A stretch of DNA of 64,000 nt from Gnetum montanum (taxonomy: Eukaryota > Plantae > Gnetophyta): positions 586,248 to 650,247 of the forward strand of contig MNCI01002984.1 in NCBI GenBank assembly GCA_015680685.1, in the 5' to 3' direction. Position numbers and translations under genes: made by a program. Shown here piece by piece: positions 24,842 to 39,300 of the stretch; within the stretch, counting starts at the first letter, position 1; each line of letters opens with the position of its first letter. The notes under the pieces were generated by a model. The model was given only the letters and a program-made list of their open reading frames with translations, searched no databases and had not been told where the DNA came from.

Positions 24842-27800
24842 GACCTTTGCAAGAATACAACATGACTATGTATGAGCATCTTCATTCACCTCTAGTTCTC
24901 ATCGGGCCCCATGGTGATCTCAAGTGATACATTAATCCACAATGCCTAGACCTTGAGCTCATAGCCTAAGATGAATACATAACATCTGTAGAGGTAATGC
25001 TAGATTAGCCAGACCATCAAGTTAAGGCTCTAGATCTAAAGACATGTGACATCATTGAGGATCCCCTCATTGAAACCCCTATAGTGACACCTAGTGATGA
25101 GGTAAAGGCATTGAAACTTAGTTCTTTATTAAAGCCTCAACATTATGAGAACATCACTAAAGTACTCAATGATAACATTAATGCATTCGCATGGTCTTAC
25201 AAAGACATGCTAGGCCTAGATCCTCACATAGTACAACATAACATAATCCTCAATCCTAGCATAAAGCCAGTTAAGCAGAAAGTGCATAAGGTTAGGCCTA
25301 AGGTGGCATTGGCAATCTGTGATGAAATCACCAAGCTCTATAAAGCTGGTTTCATTTAAGCCATTGACTATGTAGACTGGGTCTCCAACAACATGATTGT
25401 ACCTAAGAAAAATGGAAGTATATGCATTTGCATAGATTTCTAGGACCTAAAGAAGGCAACCATTAAAGATGATTTCCCATTACCTAGTATTGATCAATTG
25501 GTTGATACTATAGTTGGACATGCCTAGTTATCTTTTATGGATGGGTTCTTGGATTACAACTAGATTTAGATCAACCTACAGCACCAGCTTAGTACTACCT
25601 TTATGACTCCTTGGGATAAATTCTATTACACCATGATGCCTTTTGGACTTAAGAATGTAGGAGCAACTTACCAACGTGCAATGACTTACATTTTTAGTGA
25701 CTACATGTTAGGTTTGCTTAATGATTACATTGATGACATAACAACTAAGTCCAAAGTAGCACACAACCATGTATATGACTTAAATCTTGTGCTTAAATGT
25801 TGCTTGAAATATGATCTTAGGTAAAACCCAAGAAATGTGTTTTCGGCATTAAGACGGGCTACATGCTCAGTTTCGTAGTATCCAAGGTAGGCATACGCAT
25901 AGACCCTGATAAGGTTAAGGCCATTATCAACTTAGCACCACTAGCTAACTTAAGGAGCTATGAGGGTTGTAGGATAGATTGCAATTTATATGTAGGTTTA
26001 TCAAACAGTTGATTGACAAGTTGTAGCCAATGCAACATTTTCTCAAAAAGGAAGTCCACTTCCAGTGGACAACTCAATGCCAAGAGGCATTTGACAACCT
26101 TAAACAAGAGCTGGCTCAACTTTCAATGCTCTATCCTTTGTAAGGAGATAAACCTTTCTACATCTACCTTGCTACCTTTGACACGTCCATCACTTCTTTA
26201 CTTTGTCAAAAGAGAGATGATGGCATAGAGGTCTTGATATACTACTTAAGCCATGAATTGGTTGCCTATGAAGCAAAGTATAACAATGTGAAGAAGAATT
26301 GCCTTGCCTTGGTCTTTGCACTCAAGATGTGGAGGCACTATCTTTTCTACAGTCAAGTCAACATCATCTGCAAGAGTAACGTACTTTTTGAGCGATTATA
26401 GCAAATACCTACAAGAGTAGTTGTATTACATGGTGGAAGGTAATAACAATGGAGTTTGACCTATATTACATTGCACAAGCCTTAACAAAAGGTCAAGCTA
26501 TAGTCACAAAACTCATGGCTTAGCCCATTGATGACCAAGCAACAATAGATCTGGAATTCCTAGATGAGCATGTCAATAGCATCGATCAAGTGCCTAGCAA
26601 CTTTGAGGCACTCTTGTACTTTGATGGTACTTTGACCTCTCAAGGGAGTAGTGTCACTACCATTATCATGTTTCCCTCTAAGGAGATTTGACTTTTCACG
26701 TATCGTTTTACATTTCCTTACACTAACAACGTGGTGGAATATGAAGGTCTCCTCAGAGGTATCCTAGCAACCCACAACCTAGGAATCCAAAGCATAGCAA
26801 TTTCAGGTGACTCGTAGTTAGTGAAAAACCAAGTCACAAAGGTCTACGCTTGCAAAGCCCAACATTTACAACCTTACTTTGACTTGGTGAAGCATTTGCT
26901 TAAATAGTTTGCAACTGCTGATGTCCAATACATTTTCCACATTGTAAATGCCATAACCGATGCCTTAGCAATGTTAACCATAAGCATTACACCTAACATG
27001 TTTCATGCATTGCCCACCTTGGTGGTGGATTGCATTGTGCCTATCACGCAAACCACTGATATTGCATCCATAGCCATAGTTAGCACAAACCACGTAGTGG
27101 AATGGTATGACGACATTAAGGCATACCTTCTATAGGTTGAGCCTCCATAACACCTAACTACTGCCCAAAAGGATGCAGTGTGAAAATGATCGTGGTAGTA
27201 CATCATTGTAGGTGATAGCACCTTGTGTCACAGATCCTACGATGGCATACTACTAATCTACGTAAGTAGCAATAAAGCATAGATGATCATTGAACAAGTC
27301 CACAAGGGACTATGTGGAGGTCACATAGCACCCAGGGCAATGGTAGCAAAAATTAAATGCTTAGGCAACTACTAGCCTTACATGGAGCACAATTGTATCT
27401 CCAAGGTCAAAACATGCAATATTTGTCAACAACATGGCAACTTAATGCATGTGCCATCGACTGAACTGCACACCACAGAGATCACATGGACATTCAAACA
27501 TTGGGTGTTGGACATCATTAGAGTAATAATGCCTAAGTCCTTTGCAGGGCATAGCTTCATTATAACCACAAATGAGTATTTTACTAAGTGGGTTGAGGCT
27601 ATTCCCCTTAGAAAAACAACATCGTGGCAGGTTTGCAAATTTATGCTTGACAACATAGTGATCCATTTTGGTTTACCCATGACCATCGTAACAGACAATG
27701 GGCCATAGCTTAGCAATGTAGAAACTAAGGTCTTCTATGAGCACTTTTGCATTAAACATTCCTTCTCATCACCATACTACCTACAGGTGAATGGCTAGGT

Positions 27801-28344
27801 AGAGGCCTCAAACAAGGTCATCATCAACCTTCTAAAGAAAATGCTTAATAGCAGCAAGCAACGATGGCATGAGCAATTAGTCTATGCACTCTAGGCCTAC
27901 TGCACAACACACAAAATAGCAACAAGTAAAATGCCATACAATTTGATTTACAAGTATGAAGCTATTTTACCTCTTGAATTGTAGGTCCCATGGCTCCATG
28001 TGATCCTCTCAAACTTCATTGATGAGGCTCAAAATGATGAGTTGAGAACCATGGACCTTGACTTGATAAATGAGGAACACATGTAGATGCTTGGTCACAT
28101 TGAGTGATACCAAGAGAAGCAAAGGCAAGAGCACCATTATAATTAGCACCAGCACCAAATCAAGAAAGGGGACTTAGTTCTTAAGGCCATTTGCAAACTC
28201 ATGGATAAATTCTCAGCTAATTGGGAAGGGCCTTTCTTCCTCACTAAGACCTATGACAATGGAGCATTCAAGCTTGCTGATCAAGACAATAATGAATTTT
28301 CCAATCTGGTGAACCACTCATATCTGAAGCCATACTATGCCTAG
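24842..28344 (+). pseudogene. pol of element C (RT ~25330-25900, RH ~26150-26460, aRH ~26610-26980, INT ~27290-28344)
   Basis: FAWSYKDMLGLDP, MPFGLKNVGATYQR, DYIDDI; additional RNase H LYFDG/TNNVVEYE/GDS; integrase HHCC, YFTKWVEA, TDNG, WEGPF. Confidence 0.94.
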
Positions 28345-28379
28345 TATGCAGCATTGCATCTCAAAAAAGTAATGTAACC

Positions 28380-29065
28380 AAAGTTTGCTATGACTATAAA
28401 CTAGCACAACATAGTCTGCTATGACCGTAAATTGACATAGAAGTTCGCTATGACTCTAAACTAGTGCCACATGTCCACTATGACTATAAACTAACATAGA
28501 AAGATCATTATGACTATATACTAGCACAGAAAGTCTGCTATGACTATAAACTGGCACCAATAGTTAGCTACAACTATAAACTAGCACAACACAAGTCTGC
28601 TATGACTATAAACTAGCACAAGAAGTCTACTCTGACTACAAACTAGCATAGCATAAATCTGCTATGACTATAAACTAGCATCACACAAGTCCACTATGAC
28701 TATAAACTAGCACAACATTTGTCCGCTATGATGTTAAACTGTCAACCAAACCTCAAGTTCGCTATAACTATAAACTAGTAAAGCATTAGTTTGCTATGAC
28801 TATAAACTAATACAAACCATCTGCCATGACACTAAACTAGCACAAATCGTCCACCATGACACTAAATTGGCATAGATCATCCTTGGGTCATGACATTAAA
28901 CTGACATAGTAGCACTTCTGCTATGACGTTAAACTAGCATGCAACAATCTACTAGGACTATAAACTAGCACACATCATGATCAACCAAGATCTTAAATTG
29001 GGTTCAAAGTTTGCTAGGACCTTAAACTAGCAAAGCATATGGTCTACCAATACCTTAAACTAGGT
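28380..29065 (+). repeat. Tandem array of ~30-33-bp units (about 20 copies) in the 3' UTR of element C
   Basis: Core (g)tctgctatgactataaactagcac with short variable linkers, starting just after the pol stop codon. Confidence 0.93.
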
Positions 29066-30634
29066 TCACAGTTCACCACACATAGCTCTATGGGCAAGTA
29101 AGTGAGAATACTTTCAACTCCAGCCACCCCCCTCTTATTTGTCCACATCTTGTAGGTAGGGTGGGGATACTATAGTTCTAGAATGGATTTCTTGTCATCA
29201 AAAGAGGCCTCTAGAACATTTGAAGCATTACCACCCCTTGGCATTTTGCTGATCTTCTAAAACCACCCTCAGGCATTTTGCTGATCTTGCAGAGCTCCTA
29301 TCATTGATGCTAGCATTACCAGCTCTAAGCCACACTTGTAGCACTACCAACTCTGGGCAACACTTTCAACACTATCAGCTTTGGGCATTTTGCTGGTGCT
29401 TTGAGCTCTTGTCATCGAGACATCCTTTGGAGTAGTTGCAACATTATGGACCCCTACCATTTTGTTGGTCTCTTGAGCTCCTGTCAATAGCATGAACTCT
29501 CAAGCATCTGCAGCATCATCACCCTTGGCACTTTTACTGGCTTTTCAAACACTTGCAACTGGTTCACCTATTGTAACATTTGTAGCATCCTCGCATCTAG
29601 TAGTTTACTCACATCTCATGTTGTGTGGTTATTTTCTTATTTTCTTTGAGTTGTGTTTGCAGGATGAAGCCTCGAAGGTGGTTGTATAGAGATGCATCTC
29701 ATCATAGTAGCAAGTCACCACATCATTTTGATGTGCATGATTGGACTAGCCAAGCCATTTAAGAGTGCACATCCCTATTACCCCTTCTATACCCTACTTA
29801 CATTTATCCCTTTACCTTTGCTTTCTCCTACCTTCCCCTACATCACCAAGCTTGCAAACCCTTTCGATGCACATGACACCCTCTTTAAGTCAACCATAGA
29901 ACTCGTGATGGATGTAACGCAACTCATCCCATGGGGAACCTTTATGGGCTGGTCAAAGCCCAAGAAAATGTAATGCAAATTATCCCAAGGAGGAAACACC
30001 TTTTCTATAGACGTGATGTGGTTGCATCTAAGTAGAGCCCATTAGGTGGCATGTAATCCACCTAATGGAAAGCATTCTATAGCTAGCATTCAGCAATGTG
30101 TAGAGCTTAAAGTAGGTTCACCTTGTAGTCAAAATGCAAAAAATAAAAAATAAAAAAAGAAAAATAAAAGAAGGCAAATGGGGCAAAACATATCCCCAAG
30201 AAAAAATTAGCAAAGCTATAGTTTTGCAATGGGTCCAACCCTAAAGCCACGTTGATTCTCTCATAAGCATTCCAATGAGAGATCACAATTTAAGAGGCAA
30301 TCCATCTTGGTACCATGGATGCTGACTCTCTCATAAGCATTCCAATGAGACGTCACCATTTTCGTGGTGAGCCACCTTGGTATTGTCAGTCGTGCTGACT
30401 TTGCATCTTGTAGCATGACATCCTATTTATATTTTTCCTACCTTGCCATCCTCAACACATTCCTCACATGCTTTCCCTTTGACATACCACAACCCTGAGC
30501 ACTCTTGAGCATGGTGCAATGCCATTTGATCAAGCATTGATGGGTGATGTTGGTGCTAAGCCTGATGTGGTGTTTTTTGTTCTTCATTGACATCTCTCAG
30601 GCCACTCCTCCAAACATCAACAAAGAGGGGCTAA

Positions 30635-32250
30635 TGAAACACCACCAAATTTTGGCCACTATGTCTTAACCGCAAATTTATCTAAGTGTCAACATAAGAC
30701 AAATGTTTTCTAAGTGTTGGGCATATACTCTCCACTGCTCGGACTATGATCCAGAGCATAGTTAGCGTAGTTTGCAACATAAGTTTAGATTTGCAAGATT
30801 TTTCTAAGTGTTGACAGCTACTACAAATTTTTTTAAGTGCCAAGACTATGCTCTTGACTATCGAGACTACACTCTAGAGTGTAGTCAGCGTAGTCAACAC
30901 ACAAATGGTAAGTTTTGCAAATTTTCCTAAGTGTCAAGCCAAAAATTTTCATGCTTACTTAACATAGAAGAAATAGTTTGGAAAATTTTCTAACTACTAT
31001 GACTATGCTCCCTATTATGCTCTAGAGTGTAGTTAGCATAGTCAACATGGAAGCTCAAGTTTTGCAAAATTTATCTAACTGTTGGGACTATGCTCTAGAG
31101 CATAGTTAGCATAGTTATGCAAAACAACCTTCAAAATGCAACACCAACCTTCACCTCAACTCTGACACACCTTCGGCAAGTAGGATCAACAATTTTCATT
31201 TCTTTTTGTATCCCCCATGTGTCCCAAAATTGTACCTATGCTTGACATCACTCGAGAGAGTGAACAACATAGGCCCTAGAGTGTAGTCTCCAAAACTACA
31301 TTGTTTTGCAAGTACATCACAATCTGTTTGGCATTTGCACATGTAGTTTGGGTAGCATAGTCATAGCTTGGCAATCTCACGAGGTCCATTGGAGCACACC
31401 AGCAGAACACCATTTGCTTTAGTGGAGTGTAGTTAGGTACAACGTAGTCCCAACTACCTCCTTTGCCATGTGGCACTCGATCTACACTTCACAGTAATCC
31501 TAATCCTATAAATACCCCAATGGTCTACATTTTAGGGGTTGGCAATTCTTACATTCAGTTGGCAAAGCTACATTTTGAGCATTCTTGCATTTAAATGCAC
31601 TTGGTATTCCAACGGAATCTGAGCTAGCACTTGGCACTATTGCATACCACTTGGGACATCGTAGACCACTGTAGCCCATAAGATAGCATGATAGCCAACC
31701 TAGTAGGTACAAACTCCACGACAAAATGTTAGTCTTCACAGCCTAGACACCTTGAGACTATGACTATGTTGCCTATTGCACCTATTTGTACATTGCGTAC
31801 CTCCTCACCTTTTTTGCAGTTAACTATGCTCCCCTATTTGTGATGGTGCCGCTTTCTCTCTCGCTCACATCCTATGCATTTTTTTAGCATTTTCTCTCAC
31901 ATTTTAGCATTTTATTTGCATTTTTTTAGCATTTTCTCTCACATTTTAGCATTCTATTTGCATTTTTTTTGTTATTTTCTACACATACACATCCGTTTGC
32001 ACCTTCGTTTTGCACCAAAAACTTTGATTATGCTCACCCTCATTGACATCATGGATGCTACAAACATTGTGCAAACCTCTTAGCATTCATTCTGGCATTG
32101 CACTCTGTAAGTCCTAGTTTGATTGACAAAATCATTATAGGCACCCCGTCTCCACCTCCAACAGGCCCTCACATGGACATGGGGTCAAACTGTGTGTGCT
32201 ACAAACCTCTCAATGTATTGTTCTAGCCTCTAATATTTTCAGTCACTATA
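30635..32250 (+). repeat. 3' LTR of element C
   Basis: Starts TGAAACACCACC after the PPT and ends ...gtcactata (decayed CA). TATA box cctataaata at ~31505. Matches solo LTR 8847-10574. Confidence 0.9.
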
Positions 32251-34039
32251 GTGATGGAGGTGATTGATGAGACAAAGATGATTGTAGTGCCCACTGAATT
32301 AGTTGAGATTAGGTGTGTGGACAATCAAGGAAGGCCTACCACCATGAATGAAGGGATAGCAGAGGGCATCATAGGAATCATGGTCATTGCAAAGGCTAGA
32401 ACTATGATGAGCCTTTGCTTGCAACTTGAAATGTATTGAACATTGCAGAGGCAATGAGAATTCCAACAAGGCATGTGAAAGATAGTAGAATAAAGTAGCT
32501 GGATATGAACAATATACTCAAGCTCAAAGGGGTATACAAATTAGATCTGCAAAACCAACTTCAAGCCTTTCACAATGCCTATGCCTTACAGAATGTGGAG
32601 AATGAATGGAAAAAGTTAAAGCTATTCCCAAAGACACTTATCAAAGAAGCTGAAAGTTGGTACTAGTCCTTGGAGCTGGAATCAATTCATAGATGGAGTA
32701 CGATGCTTAAGCTCTTCAATGATAAGTATTAGACATACTCCTAAGTGTCCAACCTAAGAAAGAAAGTCCAAGGTTAAAAACAAGGAACACACAAATTCTT
32801 AGATGTAGCCATGGACAAGTGCTATTCCTTTTGCATCGATGTCCTAGCCATGTTTGTTCTCAAAGGGAGTAGCTTTGCCATATCATAGATGGGCTACACA
32901 TAAAAATGAGGAGAACTCTTGGGATGAATGCCCAAGGGAGATTTTTAGAATTAAGGGTCCATCAAATCCAAAGGCTAATTGATCAAGCTACTAAGAAAGA
33001 AGGAGAGATAAGAAAAAGGGAAAGTACTAAGGAGTACAATTGGGATCCTTCCATATGCAAAAGGGTTCAGTTTTGTGACAATAAGGAGGAGGCACCACTT
33101 GATGAGGTGGTGTATGCAAGACCTTGCCAATTCAAAAATCTACTTTTGAAGTTTTGGCCAAGGTAGATAAAATGTGGGACTCTTTGGATGAAAATTCCAA
33201 ACCACTCTAAAAATAGAAGAGGAATCTAAAGAGCAAAGTAGTGATTGTGATCACAAGAGAAGGAAGGAAGCTAAATATGCCCACCAAAGGGGTAAGGGTA
33301 AGGCTACTATAGTAGAGGAGGTTGTGGAGTCTAAAATAGATAATGATGGTGGATGTAACATCTACCAATACGAATATCCTAAGGGATGTTATCCCATTGT
33401 ATCACACTTGCAGGAATTTGGGGTGTACACTTAAATCCTAGATTGTCTAGAAGGCAAACACCTAGAAGGTTGTCTTATTCTCAAGGTAATCCTAGGTAGT
33501 TCCACCAACAATAAGCTTACTATTTGAGTGGAGCTCCACCACAAACTTATGAGCAGTATTAGTGGTAGTACCCATAGTCATGGGGGATGCCACCACCAAG
33601 GTAGCAGTATCCTTACTAGTAGCCAAATTTATATGGGTACTATGTTCAACACCCCATTTCTTTACATACTCTTCCAATCACGCTTCATTCTAACATCACT
33701 ATTACCCTTCTGAGTACTACAAAGCCCAATCTCCAAGAGGGGAATCCCCATTTCCTCATTATCCTACTCATCCTTCTACATATATCCCTCCACCCTCAAC
33801 TCAATTATCACTTGCTCCATCCATGTAGGGAAAAATTCTAGCCTAGCCACAACAACATAACGCCACCTAGGTTGTTAACTTATAGATAGCTTTTGAGCCA
33901 AGTGGTTGAAAAACTAAATCCCAAAAAACATCATTCTTTCAAACTAATAGTCCTACAAAGCCCTCATAGACCTATGCATCTGATAGCCTTGCTTCTTCCT
34001 CATTCTCTACATCTAGACCATTTGAGTTCCCTTCAAACC

Positions 34040-37000
34040 AAATGCCTATCATGTTAACCCATGTAGTAACCGATTGGGTCAAGGCTATCCACCTTGTTAG
34101 GAAAATATCTGATCCTGGAGGTTCTCTTATTTACCTAGAAATCACTAGGAATGAGCCTTGCAAGGCTCTTTTAGATTCAGGTTCTAGTGTAAATTTGATT
34201 TCTCATAAGATGTACAAAGTTTGGAACCTTCCTCCACTCAAGAAGAGAGACATTCATCTTGAGTTGGCAAACCAGTCCATCACTATTCCCTTGGGACTAG
34301 TGGAGGAAATTGTGACCATCACCTATGGGTGGTCCTATCTTGATGACTTCCTAGTGATTCATTTTGATAATTGCAAGGGAGACTTCCTAATCATCATGGA
34401 AAAGGCTTGGATAAGCACCAATGATGCATGGCTAGGTAATAGAGACCTTTCCTTGAAGATTTCCAAAGAAAATGCATTTGAAAAAATTGAGAAGAATAGA
34501 GTTCCATGCATCATGTACAATGATATATGGTGCAACTGAGTGAAGAAACTATGGATCATAAAAAATACATCAATGACAGCATGCAGGCACTTTGTAGATG
34601 AGACAAAAATTCAAAGGTGCCTATATGCAGCAACTACAAAATAGGAGGGCACTTAGTTGCTAATAGCTGATCTTGAAAGTAGCTTAAGACTTTACATGGA
34701 ACCACCTGAAAGCCTAACAAGTGCTTATGTTGAAGGCATGGATGAACTAGAGTGAGTTCATCACCATCTCTTTGATGATAAACCTAATGACACTTTTTAG
34801 AAAGAGTTGAAAATACCTAAGAGCTTTAAAAAGGAGCCCTCAGAGTTAAAAAATTTACCTAGCAGCATGGAATATGCTTTTCTGAACAATGGCAAGTCAA
34901 TGATCATCAATGCCAATCTTGCTTCTAAATAGAAAGAGAAGCTATTGAAGGTGGTTAACAAATGGCCAACAACCTTTGCTTAGTCATATCCTGAACTCAC
35001 TAGAATTGATCCTAAGATATGCTAGCATTGCATATATATAGATCATTCCATAGAGCCAAAGAGGCAACTGCAGTGGCAATTGAACCCCAAGTTGAAGTAG
35101 ATCATTAAGGAAGAGATTGAAAAGCTCCTCAAGGTAGGGTTCATCTATCCCATTGCAAATACTGAGTGGGTTAGCCCACTTGTAATAGTACCAAAGAAAG
35201 GTAGCAAGTGAATGGTTTGTATTGGCTTCAAATTTTTGAACATGGCAATGTACACAGATAAGTTTCTATTGCCATTTGTGAATAAGGTGTTGGACACTAT
35301 CTTTGTGCATTGCTACTACAACTTTCTAGATGGATATAGTAGCTATAACCAAATTAAGATAGCACCCGAGGATTAGGCCAAAACAACATTCACAAGTCCT
35401 TGGGGGACTTTTGCATATAGAAAGATGTTATTTGGTATGTGTAATGCTCCTACAATCTTCCAACGCCTTATCCTTAGCATCTTTCAACAGTAAATCGGTA
35501 GTGGGATTGAAGTCTTCATGGATGACCTCTCCACTTATGATGCTACATTTGAGCAAGCCTTGGACCACCTTGAGCAAGTGCTAAAAAGGTGTGTGAGGAC
35601 TAAGCTTCAGCTAAATTGGTAAAAGAGCCATTTGATGGTCTAACATGGCATTCTCTTGAGGCACAGAATATCACAAGTAGGGAATGAGGTAGACCCTAAG
35701 AAAATAAGGATCATCCGAGGAATAACCTACCAACTAGAAATTGTTAAAGATGTTTGGTCATTCTTTGATCACACTGGCTACTTTTGTTGATTCACAGAGA
35801 ATTTCTCTAAGATAGCTAAACCCTTAGTAGAGTTGACAAAGAAGGATGCTTCATTTTTCTTGATCAAGAAATGTAAGAAGGCATTCTGGAAACTTAAGCA
35901 AAAGCTCATAAAAACTTGAATTCTATGAGCACTTGACTGGTCTAGACCATTTCACATTATGAAAATGCATCAAATTATACTTTGGGAGCCATGCTCATGT
36001 AGTTGGATGATCAAAAATGTTCTTACTACATCCATTGTGCAAGTTGAAGCATTATGGGTACACAACTGAACTACACCACAATAGATAAAGAACTAATGAT
36101 AGTGGTGTATTCCTTGGAGAAATTCAAGTACTATGTGCTTAGGTAAAAGGTGTTTGTGCACACAGACCATAGTGTAATTCAATTCTTGATGAACAAATCG
36201 ATAGTGAGCCCCTGTGTCATATGGTGACTTGTGATCTTGTAGGAATTAGATCTCATGATGGTAGATTGAAAGGAAACCGAGAATGTGATTGTTGACCACT
36301 TGTCTTGGTTGTGATGAAATAATAAAGAGGAGGAGAGCCCGCTTTCTGATTAATTTCCTAATGAACTTCTCTTTGTTGGTGCTATAAATGAACAAGTGCC
36401 TAATGAGCTTAACTAGTATGATGGCATCCTCACCTACCTTCTCACTTAGGAGATGCCACAAGAGTTAGACCACAAGAAGAAATAATAGTTTCATCACCAG
36501 GTGAAACAATTCATGGAAATCAATGGACACCTTTACAAGATGTGCACTGATGGCCTAGTTCCTTGGTATGTTCCTGATGTTGACCAACTATGTGTTCTCC
36601 AAGATGCTCATTAGGATCCTTGTGGAGGCTACTATGCTGGGAGATGCAAAGACATTAAGATCTTGATGGTAAGGTATTATTGACCAACACTCATTAGGGA
36701 TGCTCACCACTTCATCTGCTCTTGTGATCACTGTCAACATGATGGTGGGATGACCACTTGCATGGAGGGACCTTAGCAGTGGATCTAATCACTGGAACCC
36801 TTTAACATATGGGACATTGACTTCATGAATCCCATCACACTCATGTTGAATGAAAAGGTGTACATCATAGTCACTATTAACTATTATATAAAATGGGTAG
36901 AAGAAACAACTATCACCAACTGTGCATCTTCCACAGCTACTCGGTTTGTACAATAGAATGTTGTAAATAGGTTGGGATGCCATGTGCATTGATTTCTGAC

Positions 37001-37650
37001 AATGGTACTCATTTTACAAGCACCGCCTTCCGAAATCTCATGCAACACTTGGGGGTAGGACATGAATTAAAAACACCCTACCACCCCCCAAGCCAATAGT
37101 CAAGCTAAGGTTACAAATAAGGAGATCACTAAAATATTAACTAGAATAATTAGCAAATATAGGAGAGACTAGAGCACAAAACTCAACAATGCCCTTTGGG
37201 TATACCACTCAACATGGAGACTCCATATAGGCTATCCTCTCTATGAGCTAGTGTATGAGAAATTGCCAACTCTTTCTATTCAATCCAAGCTTTGTACACT
37301 TTCAATAGCATGTGATCTTGACCTTGACCTTATTTTAGCATAAAAAGAGAGACTGATCAACATTAACATGCTAGATGAGAATCGATTAGTCACCCTATCC
37401 TTGAATGAAGTGCATAAGGCATTCAACAAATAATGCCATGACATCAAAATAAGGAAAGTCAAATTTCAACCTGGAGACAAGGTAATTTCCTAAAACCCTA
37501 TACATGTGCCACAATGAACTAAGTTCAAAAAATTGTTGGAAGGGTCTTACATCATCCACAAAACCTTTCCTTCTGAGGCCATGTTGATTTACAAACCTAA
37601 GAGCCCAAATAAGAAACTACTAGTCAATACACAACAAGTTAAATCTTTTC
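34040..37650 (+). pseudogene. pol of element B (PR, RT, RNase H, INT)
   Basis: ALLDSGSSVN (ORF 34042-34539), FLDGYSSYNQI, VFMDDLS at ~35512, integrase WDIDFM, SDNGTHF and TPYHPQANSQ. Many stops and frameshifts. Confidence 0.93.
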
Positions 37651-39300
37651 ATGACCCTAAGAGAGCTAGTGCTAGCAACACCTCCTTGGATGGACAACCA
37701 CACCCAATATTTTGGATCTCCTCCTTTCAACTTAGTCATGGGAGAGATGGTCATCCATGCTAATCATATAAGTGGCTCCTCAGGTTTTACACTTTTTTAT
37801 TTTACACCTTTTTGTTTTTACACTTTTTATTTTTCACCATTTTTGTTCTTACATATTTTACAATTTTTCTATATTTTACTTTATTTGGTTTGAATTTTTC
37901 TTATGTTTTCCTTTATTTTTCTTTATTTCCAATAGGACATAGTGATGTTGTAGCTTTTTGCTAATGGTGGTTTGTACTTAATGTTATTTGATTACTTATG
38001 TTTAGATTCTATCTTTAGATTTTAATGAATGATCATTAAGAAATGGTTTCTTTTTCATGGAATAGGAAGTGAGTCCATGTCATCCACCCATCCACAACAA
38101 CCTTTGGTGTTCCTTGTTTTGAAAATATGAGGTCCCTTTCCTGAATGAAACTTTAGTAGTTTCCAAACTTGGGAAACATTAAATGGATTGCTAAGGAAGT
38201 AAATTATAGGGGACTTGATGCTCTTTGTACTTTTCTACACTCTTGAGTGCATGAGTGTTTTCATGGATTTCTTGTCATTCCACTGTTGACCAATAACAGG
38301 AATTCAAAGTCTTTGCATGATGTGGTTCCCATCCAAAAATCCATCAAAACATAAAATTCAAAAAAAATGATGGGAATTCAAAGCACACCCCTTAGACAAA
38401 ATAATGGGCTTACAACACTGGTTATGGGATTATAAAGACATGTTACCCATGCCTAAAGTTCCCCTCTAACTAAGATCATTTCTCAATTTCTATTTTTCTT
38501 TTCTTTTCTTTTAGGAATGATAATTGATCTATGGGATTATTCTTGTGTCTTGAGGGGGTGGGTTGGTCCTAGAGTATTGATGGGAAGTTATTGGAAGTGG
38601 TTGGTTTTGATCTGAACTACGGATGGACTTTATCAAGTCATTTAATCAAAAAAATCCACAAGAGACTTTATGTGACCACAATTTGAAACTCCATTCCACC
38701 TTCTCTCTCATCCACCAATGCTTTCCATAATCCACCTTATTGTCAGTTTTCCATGTATTATTTAATGTCTTAGTTTGATATGTTAAAATTCTTAGGTAGA
38801 TTCTTTTAGGATCAGGTCCTTAACTTTCCATAATCCTTAATCAACATAAAAAGTCTATAAGTACATAGCCACACTTAGCAATTCTTCACATTTAAGCTCA
38901 AATGAGGTGGGGAGTTTTTCAATTTTTCAGAGCCTAGAACTTTTGAAGAGCCATAACTTCCAAACCAATTATCTGATTAATCCCATTCTTTAGTCTTACA
39001 ACTACCAGAGGTAAGCTCTTTGTTGTGGGGACCATAAACATTATGTTTTTAATGGAAATTTTTTAAAAATTCTTCTAACTCCCACAAAGGTTTAACTAAT
39101 AAACTAACATTAAAATCATGAATCTGAAGAAGTTAAACCCTTCCAACAAACTCTAGTGACCTTTTGCAAGAAATAACATTAAAATAATCAATCTACCATG
39201 GTCATAACTTAGCCAAAGTGTAATTTCCTAATAAAATAATGTATTAAAAAGTTATAAGTCACACATTGTATGCTAATCCTTGGTTATGTTGTGACCATAG

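Larger units (their letters stand above)
23000..32250 (+). mobile_element. Element C: 5'-truncated Ogre/Tat-type Gypsy; left limit uncertain
   Basis: RT-RH-aRH-INT order, 3' tandem array, PPT AAAGAGGGGCTAA at 30622-30634, LTR 30635-32250. gag, protease and 5' LTR are absent. Confidence 0.88.

Noticed and set aside
28380-29065. CRISPR-like repeat/spacer appearance
   Set aside because: Linkers are only ~7-12 bp and related to each other, the repeats are degenerate, no cas genes are present, and the array sits in the 3' UTR of a plant retrotransposon.
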